From Cirrosporium novae-zelandiae (taxonomy: Eukaryota), in assembly GCA_026023565.1 (NCBI GenBank), contig JAPETS010000030.1:62001-126000 (forward strand): a stretch of 64,000 bases of DNA. The letters run 5' to 3'. This document shows positions 1-13,189 of the stretch, in pieces. Position 1 is the first letter of the stretch. Every line of letters begins with the position of its first letter. The position numbers and the translations under genes are program-made. The notes under the pieces were generated by a model, which worked only from the letters and a program-made list of their open reading frames with translations, searched no databases and was not told the origin of the DNA.

Positions 1-553
1 TGGCATATCTTCGTGACCCGTATGGAGATCCAGACATGGAGATGGAAATTGATGGTGTTGGAGGTGTCAGTATTCTTGCCAAGGCCAAGGTATTCAGATC
101 TGGCGTCCATTTCCCTGCATTCAGTTTTGAAAAACATGCAGAAACAGAAGGGTTTGGAAAGGTAATCAAGACTGATCTGTCAAATGCATGCAACTGCAGC
201 TAACGTTTCAAAATTAGATGGCAAAGCGAATGCAATTCTCCGTTGTTGGTCTACCCCACTACACAGTATGGCATCTTTACGAGCCAAGCATGGATGATAT
301 ACGACATATGGAAGAAATGGAAGCAGAACGCAAAGCACGTGAACAAGAAGAAAAAGAACGTGCTGAAAAAGTGAAGAAGATCAAAGAAGATTTTTCCGAT
401 CCGGGTAGCCAGTGGGAGAAGGACAAAGCTGATCTCCAGAAGATTCAAGAGAAGGAACAGGCGGCCCGAGAGGCTGCGGAAAAAGCAGCTGGAGAAGGAA
501 ATGAGGAAGGTCCTCGAGCCCAAGCTTCGAAGGATGCAGCTCCCGGCAGCTAG
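1..553 (+). CDS. ANP1: Anp1/Van1/Mnn9-family Golgi mannan polymerase subunit, 3' part (5' truncated by window); exons ~1-161 and 218-553
   Basis: Translation GDPDMEMEIDGVGGVSILAKAKVFRSGVHFPAFSFEKHAETEGFGK|MAKRMQFSVVGLPHYTVWHLYEP is the Anp1-family C-terminal motif; GT..CTAAC..AG intron 162-217. Confidence 0.85.
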
Positions 554-1412
554 ACCGGCTAAGTCGTCCAGGGGTATCCTGCCAAGTTAAGACGTATGCC
601 TGTGTTCCCGAACACACAAATATCTTTCCAATACCTACAACGAACATACTCCTACGTCTAGTAGAAGATATTGACGGTGCTTGAAACGGTTGGCAAGATG
701 GAATTTTCAGGGACAGCTGGCATCACTTATGTTGAATCAGCTTAAGGGGTTATTTATAAAAGTGGACACATTGCGGCCATGATACTACTGGAGTTTTCTA
801 GAGGATTGACTCTGGCATGGGTCAAGATGCCGCTACAGGTTATGCTATGTGTGGTTTCATTGTTGGGCGCAAGAGGTTTTTTGGGACTGAGCTGGAAGCA
901 TATGTCGGTGTAGTATTTTGCATTGACCTTCAAATTACTTTGTATATGTACCGTGACATCCTTAGGCATCAGTAGATAAATAGTTCTACTGATGCAGGGG
1001 GCAATGTGAAAAGCATATAATAATTTGTGCTGTTATTGTAAAGCTGTCTATAGTACAGGCTATAGCCTCTAGTTGCCTGAGTGCCTAGCTGCCTAGGTAC
1101 TTCGGGATTCTTGGAGTCTGGCCCGATCGTTAAATCTATCCTCCGGTGAATATGGAGCCAACTCTCCAAAAGTTAAAGATTACCATTGCTCTCTCAGGTA
1201 CTGGCCAAGTATCACCTAATTATTCTCCCTCTGAAATAGCACAAAATAGTATTTGGGATGCTCATCGCATAGGTGTCTTTTGTTTTGGGAGTATGAAGAC
1301 AGATTTTTACTTCTTTGACGACTATTAATTTCGCAGCCCTGGTAAACCAACATCATCCCAACTTCTCAAATTGAGCAAATAACTGATTCTCAAGTATATA
1401 ATTCAGTACATC

Positions 1413-4400
1413 ATGAGCCATGAAAATGCGCAGTGCGACAGTGAACGAGATGAATCCATTTCCAAGCCAGAACCTCAAACAACAATGGGGTCCCCAAGGC
1501 CAGCTCGCACCTCAGGCTCGCATAATCCAAATCCTCAGGCACTCGACCTGCTTGAACGCCAATCCACCCACATATCGATAGCCATAGACCCCGTGGCCCT
1601 TATCACAACAGAATGTATCAATGTTACTTCGGCAATGCGAAAGCATACGCGGTGGGCTCATTCGTCAGTATCTGCGATCCTAGGAGGAGGACCTATTGTT
1701 AGCTTTGATCGCGAAACGTCGAGACCCCCGTCTCCCAAGAGTGGAAAGAAAAATGATGGCAGCGTAGCAAATAGATGGGGGTTGCGAGGCAAGAAGGGGG
1801 CCAGCTTAAATGATAACCCTCTGATGTCAGCATTTGCAAGATTAAGGAGAGATCTGAATGGATGCAAAGGTATGTATACATCTATCTGCTTTCAGTATAC
1901 CTAGAATCGTTCTAAGTAGGCTCAGATATTCGTACATTCGATGCTCCCGCCCTTCTTCACCCTTTTCTCCAAGTTATTCGGTCTTCCTCCACCTCTGCTC
2001 CAATAACTTCCCTAGCCCTAGTCTCGATATCGAAATTTTTCGCATATAACCTACTCTCCATCCAATCCCCTCGAATGTCTTTGGGTATGCAACTTTTATC
2101 GGCCAGTATTACCCACTGTCGATTCGAAGCCAGCGATTCTGCCGCGGATGAAATAGTACTTCTACGTATATTGAAGCTCATGGAAGATATGATGACTCGA
2201 CCGGAAGGTTCGCTGCTAGGTGACGAAAGTCTCTGTAAACTAATGGAAACGGGTCTGAGTATGGCTTGTCAAACTAGGCTGTCGGAACTTTTACGGCGTT
2301 CGGCAGAATTAAGTATCATTTCCATAGTGAGAGTCATTTTTCAGCGTCTGAAGACAATTGACGTCGAGTCAACATCTGAAATTCGACCCCTGACTTCTGC
2401 AGCTGCAGATGCTTCGGAAAATATCAAGATGGAACCGTCTGTCAATGGAAATAGTGTTGCCTCTAATGGACCAACATCTCTAGGAGTGGAGTCCTCTGCA
2501 GATCCTGATAAAGATCGTATTAGTGGAGAGGAAACCCCACTTGCTCCAGATCAACCAGAGAACAATAGGACCTCTGCTGGAGATGATGAAGCTGAGAATA
2601 TTAATCCCTATTCTTTGCCATCTATACGGGAACTTTTCAGGGTGCTAGTTGATCTTCTAGACCCCAATGATCATACGAAAACTGATGTCATGCGTGTCAT
2701 GAGCTTACGGATAATTGATGTCGCACTTGAGGTTGCTGGACCCTCAATCGCAAGACATCCTACTTTGGTAGGCCTAGTACAAGATGATCTATGCCGTTAC
2801 TTATTCCAGCTTGTTCGTTCGGAGAATATGATTCTCTTAAACGGATCTCTACGAGTGGCCGGGACACTGCTTGCGACATGTCGGAATGTTCTCAAGTTAC
2901 AGCAAGAGCTTTTTCTTTCATATCTTGTTGCATGCTTACATCCACGAGTGGAAGTTCCTCGGGAACCTGGTATCAATCCTGCATTATATGAGGGTATTCC
3001 AGAAGCTCCAAAATTGGTGAGACCCCCTAAATCGTCTCAAACCAGTTCTGGTCGCAGTACTCCGATTCCGGTGAAAGACAGACGGCAATTAGGTCTAGAG
3101 GGTGGATCGCGGAAACCAGATGCCCGCGAAGCTATGGTTGAATGCATTGGAGCACTCGCACGAATCCCAAGCTTCATGGCCGAACTCTTTATCAACTATG
3201 ATTGTAATATCGACCGCAACGATCTTTGTTCAGATATGGTGGGGCTATTGGCTAGAAATAGTATGCCCGATTCAGCCACATGGTCGACGACTAATGTTCC
3301 ACCCCTGTGTCTTGATGCACTTCTTGGTTATGTCAACTTTCTTGTAGAACGGCTCAACGATGAAACGATAACTGAAGGGTACCCCGATTGCGAGGTCCTG
3401 AGGGAGCAACGAGCGCGAAAACAGGTTATTATTCAAGGAGCTACTAAATTCAACGAAAGTCCCAAAAAGGGTCTTGCTTTTCTTGCAAGCCAGGGTATTA
3501 TTGACGACCTCAACGATGCAAAGTCTGTCACAGCCTTTTTGAAAGGCACTACCAGGATCTCGAAGAAGGTGCTGGGTGAATTCATTTCAAAAAAGGATAA
3601 CGATCACCTTCTCGAGGCTTTTATTGACCATTTTGATTTTAATCATAAACGGGTTGACGAGGCGTTGAGAGAACTTCTTAGCTCGTTCCGCTTACCAGGT
3701 GAATCTGCTCTCATCGAGAGAATTATTACCGTGTTTTCCGAACAATTCTGTGCAAGCTCTACGCCCGATCAAATTGCAGACAGGGATGCTTGCTTTGTTC
3801 TCGTATATGCAATTATAATGCTTAATACTGATCAACACAATCCTAATATCAAGGGTCAAGCACGAATGACGTGTGAAAATTTTTCGAGAAACTTGAGAGG
3901 TGTAAACGGTGGGGCTGATTTCGATGCGGACTATCTCCAAACCATATTTAATGAAATTCGTGATAACGAGATCATATTGCCAGATGAGCACGATAACCAG
4001 CATGCATTCGAATACGCATGGAAAGAGCTCTTGAGAAAAACAGAGACTGCCGGAAATCTTATTCTTTGCAACACCAATGCCTTTGATGCAGATTTATTCG
4101 CCACGACGTGGAAACCAGTAATCGCTACCTTGAGTTACGTATTCATGAGTGCTTCGGATGATGCAGTTTTTTCGCGAGTAGTAACAGGGTTCGATCAGTG
4201 TGCCCAGATTGCAGCGAAATATGGATTGACGGAAGCTTTTGATCATATCATCTTCTGCCTCAGCACAATCAGCACATTAGCAACTGACTCCCCGCCCAGC
4301 ACTGCATTGAACACGGAAGTTCAAGCCAGCAGCAAGAGTGTGATGGTCAGCGAGCTTGCTGTCAAATTCGGACGAGATTACAAGGCCCAGCTTGCTACAG

Positions 4401-6467
4401 TTGTCTTATTTAGGGTTCTTGCGGATAATGAGTCTATTATTCGTCGAGGATGGGATCATATCTCGCAAATTCTTCTCAATCTATTCATAAACTCTCTTAT
4501 ACCACAGTTTCCACCAGAGCTTCGCACTTCGATGCTTATACCGGAAATTCCGTTGCAGAATCCATCGCAGGTTATTGAACGTAAACAGGGACCTAACGAA
4601 ACTGGATTGTTATCAGCCTTTACTTCCTATCTTTCAAGCTACGCTGCGGATGATCCGCCTGAACCAAGCGAGGAAGAGCTAGAAGCAACCTTGTGCTCTG
4701 TCGATGCTATTACTGCCTCTCATGTGGATCGAATTCTTTCAAACATCTCGTAAGTTTTCTCACTACCCCAATTCACGTTTACTAATCATATCAGCAAATT
4801 ACCACCCGAATCCGCAAGTGCCTTGGTCTCATCCTTACTCTCCCGACTTCCTGAAAGCCCAGCCCCATTAGTCATGGTGGTGAAGCCTGAACGGCCAGCA
4901 ATGGGCCTTGAGAAAGCAAACGGCCAGAGAGGAAACCACGACGGGCCGGCGTACGATCCTGCAACTATTTACATTCTCGAACTAGCTACGATCATTACCA
5001 TCCGCGACCAAGAAATTGCTGAGATATGCGGTGAGGCGCTAGCTGGGGCCCTTCAAAACGTTCTGCGCAGTTCGGAGAACGTTCATCCCGTACTATGCTC
5101 CCGGGCTGCTCATTACCTGTTACTTCTACTAAAAACAAGCTATGTCAGTATCATATAGATACGCTCACATTGTGATATATGCTAAAACAAATAGGACTTC
5201 TCGATTCTACGGCCCCATGTTGTCCTCCACAGCATTGCAACTTTCGACCAGGTGACACTAGAGGTAGCAGCACTAGACGTGCTTAACGGCATTCGTCAAT
5301 GCATTGAGGCCACTGGAGCTCTTCGAAGCGATATTATCAATAACCCTGATTTTTGGGCCATCCTCCGTCGGTTACATAATTACTCGGAAGCTGCCAGGGT
5401 TGTATTTGACATTCTCCAGAAAATTACAAGTGATGGATCAACCGTAATAGCAGATAACTATGAGCCAACAATTGACTTGGCCAATGATTTTGCAACAGCT
5501 GGCAGCATCGGGGCGGTTGTCGAGCAAAAACGAGACGGGGCTTCCAGAAGGAAGTCAGGGCAACCAACCAAGCAGCGCCAGTGAGTTACAATATCTTGCA
5601 GCAAGAGAAGATGAAGCTAACGGTTACAGGGAAAATGAGGTTGTCACTCGGGGAGTTGGAGCAATTACGATTGTGTACAACCTTACAGGGAGGATACCTT
5701 CATTAATTGAACATTCTCATCTCGAAACAAATGAAGGTATATGGCTATCCGGTTGATGTTTCACATGATTTGCGCTAAGAGTGTGGTAGCGTGGGCGGCA
5801 TATTGGTCACCTATCTTTCAGGCACTGACGTCGCAATGTGTGAACCCGTGCCGGGAGATTCGACAAAATGCTTTTTCATCACTACAGCGATCCTTGTTAT
5901 CTCCTCAACTTACCTCGGCAGACCACAAGGAATGGACAGCAATCTTTGGTGAGGTTCTATTTCCATTGATCATACAACTCCTTAAGCCAGAGGTATACCA
6001 ATCGGACCCAATTGGTATGAGCGACACAAGGGTCCAAGCGGCGGCCTTACTCTGCAAGACATTTGTGCATTACTTGGTGTTACTTTCTGAGTGGGAAGGG
6101 ATGCTGGACCTATGGCTGAAGATTCTGGACATTATGGACCGATTGATGAATAGCGGGCAAACCGATAGTTTGGTGAGCACAAGCGATGGTCATGGGGTAG
6201 TTTACACGCTAATGAATTGAACAGGAAGAGGCTATTCCGGAGAACCTTAAGAACACGCTACTAGTGATGGCGAATGAAGGATATTTGGTATCGCCGGATC
6301 AGAATCCGGAGAGTGAAACTCTATGGGCCGAGACATGGAAACGGCTAAACCGGTTCCTTCCGGACCTGTTTGGGGAACTTTTCCCGGAACACCTTAAAAG
6401 TCCGCCGATGCGAGTACCGTCGCGGACCGAGGTGGAGAAAACGGTAGAGGCGACGCAGGCAGGGTGA
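1413..6467 (+). CDS. GEA2: Sec7-domain ARF guanine-nucleotide exchange factor, Gea1/2-GBF1 type; multi-exon
   Basis: DCB region (ALLHPFLQVIRS), HUS motif FINYDC, Sec7 motifs FRLPGES and IIMLNTDQHN, HDS motif NPCREIRQNAF; introns near 1870, 4750, 5144, 5581, 5737 and 6173. Confidence 0.93.
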
Positions 6468-7500
6468 TGTGAGTGAAGTTTCTGGTAAGATTGAAATACA
6501 GCTACCAAAGTACAAAGTACATGTACCACTGTTAGTGGTAGGAGGTAGAATGGAGGGGTTCCCGCGTTACTGGATAGGACTGGGATCTAGGGAGCGGGGA
6601 CCGCAGGTGATGGATGATAATCATGGGTTTCGGTTTATTGCAGAGAGAGGGGCGTCGGAGGTTGAAGTCAAAGGTAGTAAGGCGATAAATCGGAGGGGAA
6701 TTGGGGAGGGACTGAAAGGTATTCATAAATTCATAAAAGGCATAAGAAGGCTATAGCATAATAGAAGAGTGGAGTGGCAATGAGGGATGGGCCGTTGCCA
6801 ATGCCAAGCATGGCGCAGGGTTTGATGATAATATCTACTTTTTATCAGTTAATTACCAAAGTAATCAAATGAAAGACAAGAAAACCAGAGAGAAAAGGAA
6901 TTTATAGGTACTGATAAAGGGCGGGGGTGTCAGTGGCGTGGGTGGATGATGTAACGAGGCCATATCTTTCCTATTCCTCCTCTTGAGGGGGCCAGTTATT
7001 GTGAGGTGGAGTGGTTCATGTGGCACTCTTTTGTGGCACTGCTGAGACCCAATTGATGGCCTTCCCCCGCATTTGACAGGATGAGATTCATCCACAGCGT
7101 TTACTGACACTTTTGCTCAGATGTGATAATTAATTCTCTATTCCACTCAACCAACGCCCTTGCAGCCTATACCTCTCGACCTTTATACCAAATAGGCGTC
7201 TTCCGTTAATTGTGAGCCCATCCTTTCCCTTTTCTGTTCATTCCTGTTCATCCCTTCTCTTTGACTTCTCCTCTTACTTCATTATCCTTCTTTCCTTTCC
7301 TTTCCTTTTCTTCTCTTTTCTCATCTCTTGAAAATCACACCTAATCTCTATTCGTTGTCACGTAGTCAGAAAATCCATTTGATCTACTTGATAGATCGAT
7401 CAACTTCCTTTAAACATTCACCTTCTATCTGGTCAAGCATTGCTTGATTACTACTTCTTATACGTCACTCCAATTCTATCCCACCTACCCTTCAATCAAG

Positions 7501-8286
7501 ATGGCAGCCACTGAAGCGCAAAATCAAAACTTCAACACCATGGAAGGTATGACAAAGGACAGACCTCTCCACTATTCTCTATAACCCCCCTTGTCATATT
7601 CCATCGTCTCCATAGATGGCTGATGCCTAAAATGGATATAGACACCAAGAATTCCGATCCCTTTGCTACTCACCGTACCGACGATAATAACCCCTTCTCA
7701 TCTGATGATGGCAAGAACCTGAGAGATCTCTCCTCGTCGCCACCATCAGCAGGAAAGCGTGATAGGAGACTAAGCAAGGAATGGGGTACGTGTTTCCATA
7801 ATCTACTAATGGCCTATTCTACTCTTGGTGGAATGATACATATTTGTCTCCTTACTACACATTTCCTTTATCAGCCAACCTCTAAAATATCACAAAATCT
7901 ATACGAGCTATCCACGTGCTGCCTTGCATGATGATGATGCTAACAGTTACGTCATCCAGATGCCTCCAAGGTCCCTCCATCACGCTTCCAGAAGCGTGCC
8001 GGAAGTATCTATTCCACTCCCGGCAGCCGAGATGGACATGTTGGACGCAAGGACCAAGAATATCATGAAAAGCTGAAGGAGAAGGTATATAAACCTTGTA
8101 ATTGGTGGACATGTTTGTGCAATGTCATACCGAAGATGTGTCTGAGATGAAACTCGCTTCAAAACATACGTCATCATACCATCCCTCCACACCCTAATAT
8201 CTACACATCACTTGACTCGGCCAGCCATTGAACACTGTCCTTTAAAAAATCTTTATACTGACTTAAGACAGGGCTGGACAAAATAA
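7501..8286 (+). CDS. Small (~109 aa) four-exon hydrophilic protein of unknown function; exons 7501-7546, 7642-7785, 7960-8084, 8272-8286
   Basis: Three GT..branch point..AG introns join into one frame: MAATEAQ...RRLSKEWDASKVPPSRFQKRAGSIYSTPGSRDGHV...KLKEKGWTK*; pyrimidine-rich promoter upstream. Confidence 0.8.
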
Positions 8287-8799
8287 CAAAGTCCTCCAAT
8301 CCACCTCTAACCATAACGACGGACGGGTCCCCAAAGCTGGAGCTTCGCACCCTTTACGATTTCCTTTCGAACAAAGACCTGATTCCAGAATCGGTTTGGC
8401 TTTTGGAATACGTACCGGAATTTGTCGTGTATCAAATAAATACGGATACAACATTGTCGCTTGTTTTTTACTAGCTAGCTGCCAAGCCAGTTATGTATGT
8501 CATGTTATATCCTACACGGATATGGATATGGGGAGGAAAGAGAGAACGGAGGCCTACGTCTTATTCTGTTTTGTATTCCCTGTATTACTTTTTCGATTCT
8601 CCCCTCGCAAACTCGCAAACGTCTTCAAAACAATAGGGATGTTAGGTTCCTCCCGATTGAAAGAGATATGTCGGATGAACTTTTTTTCTTCTTGATCTCT
8701 ATTATGTATTAATAATATAAATTTAGTCAGTCTATAATGCCAAAAAAATACGCAAGAAACATTCAAGCGCTTATATCTATATCCATCAATGATTTCTTC

Positions 8800-8823
8800 A
8801 TTATTATTATTATTATTATTATT
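8800..8823. repeat. (ATT)8 microsatellite
   Basis: Direct reading. Confidence 0.95.
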
Positions 8824-9757
8824 GGGAGCGGGATAATCTCACCATTTCCGGATGGGCCCCCAAGATAGCAACAAAATGTACGTAACTTTAATCCTTAGCA
8901 ATGAGAGAGGCCTAAATATGTTGAGACGGCTCAATCATGAACTCCTCTTTCTGGATGTTGATTAGATACAAGCTTCCCCGATACGCATATATATTGTTCC
9001 CTGGTACTTTACCTTTGGTTGAGCCGTCATGTACTACTAATTTTTTGCATGCAGGATAGCATCCCTCCAAAAAAACCAAAAAAAAGGGTACACGTCAACT
9101 GGCGGTCCTTAGGAGAATGCATGCTCCCGCTGTGAAATCAACACTATTTACACCGCTTATCTTTTGCGTTTGCTTTGGATAAAGGAAGAGAAAAAAAAAA
9201 TTGAAGAAGTTAATCTTATTTTGATATGATACAGTAGTAGCTCAATGCTAAAAGGGGTAATTACATGAGCAAACGACTTGATGATCTTTATTGGCATCCG
9301 TGCTTATTCCTTCCTTTCCGTAAGGGATTGGCGAGAAATTCCGCTAAGTAATGGAATAGCATCCTTTTTTTTTTTTTGAAATCACATATCACAACACATA
9401 TTTTGCGTTTACTGGCATTGAACCAAACACTTTTTTGCTGGTACTATCAAAAGGCCAATCAACTTCTTGAAACCACTATCGGAGGATTTATCATAACTTG
9501 ATTTGACATCATGGTTATTCTTTATACACAATGCTGTTACCGCTTTTTAATGTTTCGGAAGATTAATGTACTTAGCCACCTCATGAGGAATGCAACAATT
9601 TTGACTTCCTTTGATAAATCCACTCATTTCATGTGAACGGAGCCCTGGAAGTCTTAATATATAGTCTTCTTAAACCTTCCAGCTACAGCTTTTGTCATTG
9701 TCTAGCTTGAAGCTTTCATTGATACTATCCTTATTTGCACCGTTATTTTTCGCCGCC

Positions 9758-12044
9758 ATGGGAGATTCTGAACATCTTGATAAGCGTCACAGCACCGCTT
9801 GCGTCGAAGAATTGAATATCACTCCTTCACTCGAAAACCTTCAGACTGATGAACAACGACGTGTTCTTGATACCATTGCCCAGGTCCGCAAATGTGGTCT
9901 TGATAGTATCCTGTCTTTGCCTCAATTAGTAGTATGTGGAGATCAATCAGCAGGGAAAAGTTCCGTCCTTGAAGCACTCACCGAGATCCCCTTTCCACGA
10001 AACGATAACTTGTGCACACGCTTCGCTACAGAAATAATTCTTCGACGTGCCACGGTCAACTCTCTTACAATAAAAGTGATTCCCGATCCTAAGCGACCTA
10101 CTCCAGAACAGGAATCCATAAAATCATTCCAAGAGTCAATTACGGACTTCGATAAGCTCCCTGTCACTATGGATGCCGCAATGGCTATTATGGGGCTCAA
10201 CGATAGTTCAATATCCAACCCTAAGGCATTTGCTAGAGATGTACTCAGTGTTGAAATCGAGGGACCTTCAAGGCCTCAATTGACATTGGCCGACATCCCA
10301 GGCCTCATTCAGACCGAAACAAAAGGCGTAACAAAGGCAGATATCGATCTCGTCGCGCAAATCACGGACCAATATATCTCGCAATCTAGGACGATTTGCT
10401 TAGCCGTTGTCTCAGCAACTCATGATTACGCCAATCAGAAAATCCTCACCAAGGTAAGGGAAGTCGATCCGGAGGGAGAACGTACGCTGGGTATCATCAC
10501 CAAACCTGATCGACTCCCTCGAGGTTCTGGCAGTGAGAAAGCATTCTTTGCTCTAGCACGCAACGAGGATGTCTTTTTAAAGCTAGGTTGGCACGTGCTA
10601 AAAAACCGCAGTTTCGAAGAGACGACTGATTCGCTCATGGAACGAAATATATCGGAGACTAGTTATATTCGCAACTCAATCTTCAGCAGTCTACCTGAAG
10701 AATGTTGGGGAATCGATTCGTTGCGGCTCCGGTTGAGTAGCCTGTTATTCGAACACGTCAAACAAGAGCTTCCAAACCTACAGGAGGATCTCGGAAAGGC
10801 ATTGAATGATGCAAAAAAGCAGCTAGATGTGTCATGGGGAATCGTCGAACAACACCGGCAGATTGTAGAGCATACTTAACTGAACTTAGCCTGAACTACT
10901 ATGAAATATGCAAAGCTGCGGTAGGCGGGCATTACGAAGGAGATTATTTTCATCGTGATGCCGATCAAACCTTTTCGCTTACCTCGTCAGCGACGATCCG
11001 AAGAGTTCGTGCGGTTGTGCAGTTCATGAACACTGGGTTCTCGGACAACATTCGTGCCAACGGCCATAAATATCACATCAGCATGAAAGTGAAATCAGCC
11101 GATATGGGCCAACCGACAGCCTCCGATGGTAAACACCTGAACCGCACATTCAAAAAGCCAATCAGAATATCCAAGGACGGTGCTCTCGAATGGGTCAGTG
11201 GGGCCATCACTCGCACTCGGGGAAAAGAGCTTATAAGGAATTTCAATCCACTCCTTGTCAGTGAGCTTTTTTGGGAGCAATGCTCCAATTGGCATCAACT
11301 AGCCGTCGATCATGCAGACCAAGTAGCAGCAATCTGCCGTGAATTTTTGAATATTCTGCTTACGGATGAATGTTCAAATGATGTTCGATCCTGTCTTTGG
11401 CTGACTCAAATCGAGGACGTCTTCAAGGCGAGACACGAAGCTGCTCTTCAGGAGCTTGACCGGATAATGGAAGATGTTAGGAGCTATCCAATCAACTACA
11501 ACCACTATTATACCGACGTAATCAACAAGCGCCGTCAAGAAAGGCAGACAAAAAATCTCGCAGACTGTGTAAAAGATGCCACCACACATACTCTTCTTCC
11601 AGGCTGTCAATCAGATCACGTGTCTGCAACCGTCGATGTTGATGATGCTGTAAGGAGATATACTCAAGAAGCTGATCCAGACATGGAAAATTTCGGCTGT
11701 GAAGAGGCTCTGGATTGCCTGTTTGCCATTTACAAGGTCTGTTATTTTTTTATCATCCCAATTTTTCGATACCATGTCAAGTTAACAATATCTCCATTAA
11801 GGTTTCTCAAAAAACGTTCATTGCAAATGTCACCACCCAAATGATTGAACGCCATATTGTCCGTGGGCTCGAAAAAATCTTTTCGCCAGTTGTTGTGAAT
11901 CGCTTATCAGCATCTGAGGTGGAGAGAATTGTGTCGGAGCCTGCGTCAGCTAAGAGGCAGAGGGAATTCTTAGAGGATCGGATCGAAAAATTGAAACAAG
12001 GACAAGGAATATTCAGAAACGTTATGGGAAGCACGGCATTTTAG
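9758..12044 (+). pseudogene. Mx-like dynamin-family GTPase with a +2 frameshift at ~10829 (pseudogene or sequence error); one intron near 11737-11801
   Basis: G1 GDQSAGKSS, G2 CTRF, G3 DIPG, G4 TKPD, C-terminal GED-like FIANVTTQMIERH; GAT GT GTC ATG has an extra GT whose removal joins ORFs 9692-10879 and 10834-11844. Confidence 0.85.
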
Positions 12045-12058
12045 GGTTCCTATTTGGT

Positions 12059-12926
12059 TTAGTGGAATGAAAACGAGCTCGTAATTTTCTGTGTACTTTG
12101 CTCTGAATAAAGTTGGCCAATGATGTAAAGCGGTAGTCTTCTAGGCAGAAGGGTAAAGCTTGAGGCACATTCGATAAAGAAAAAGGGAGCGCAGCCTAGG
12201 TGATGGCGTAGCCGTTTCGTCTCATCACTGATGATGTCTTGAAGAGTTCCAGCAGACGAAGAAACCTGCCCAGTTCGAATAGAAGCAGCATTCATAGTGA
12301 TAAAAGAAGCAACAAGAATCCTCAGAAAATAATATCACTAAAAAAAAGGCGTTGATCGCCCAATAAATGTGCTCTTTGCCTGAGAAATTGGAAGAAAGCA
12401 GAGATTATATATATCCAACGACAAAATGGAAGGTTAGCAGCGGCGGTTAGTAGTTTCTGTTTTACGGTCCATTTCAAACCAATCAACTAATCAATTATCC
12501 TGGAAAAAGCAAATGGTGACCCTAGAGTTTGCCGTGCAAATCTCACTAAGCAGCCAAAGTCAGTTATCTATTTCTGTGAAAGCAGCGCTTAATACAGGCA
12601 GTGTGATGAACTAGTGAGGTGGAAGAATATATAACTAATGGATATAACATGCTATTCGCATGCAAGGCGCAAGTAATAATGATAGCTTTCGAAGTGCTCT
12701 TTCTGTAGATACAAAAGTCGAACGCTGCCTTGATAAATCAAGCAGCGTTCTCCTCCATAAAGGTTGTGCCAAGCGCCAAAGCCTCGCCTGCGCGTATAAG
12801 AAGCGCATAGGCTTGGCATGCTCTTACAACAATAGTGGAGCTCAGCAATTTCGGTTGGATGCGAGAATGCGTTGGCAAGGCAGAGAGTTCGGGATTCGGA
12901 GCAAAGGATGACTGGGCGTCAAGCAT
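12059..12926 (-). pseudogene. Decayed gene convergent with the dynamin; fragments in several frames with stops
   Basis: Protein-like fragments VVRACQAY..., EENAA*FIKAAFDFCIY, FFQDN*LVDWFEMDRKQKLL and NAASIRTGQVSSSAGTLQDIISDETKRLR, recalled (not searched) as resembling an uncharacterised fungal family. Confidence 0.45.
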
Positions 12927-13189
12927 GAAACCGAGGAGAAAATGAAGAAGAATAAATGAGAATGGAAAACCAGCAAGGGATGGTGATACTTATAGTGGCA
13001 GAAAGGCTCAAAACTAGCGAGGGAGAAGAGCCAAGAGGCTAGTTCCCGATATGCGAGGCTAAACCCGAACGGGTGATGTTTAACCGAATTCGGCAGGCCA
13101 CCTGCAACAAGTTTACATAAACGAAACCAATTGAACAATTGAATACTTGAGTAATTGAACTGTTGACGGACCATTTATTAACTATAAAC

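Noticed and set aside
8925..9028. 10-bp inverted repeat GACGGCTCAA/TTGAGCCGTC upstream of the dynamin as a MITE
   Set aside because: Short, single copy, no target-site duplication seen
12041..12048. TTAGGGTT (and TTAGGG at ~61650) as a telomerase RNA template
   Set aside because: The rest of such an RNA would run antisense through protein-coding genes; short matches like this are expected by chance
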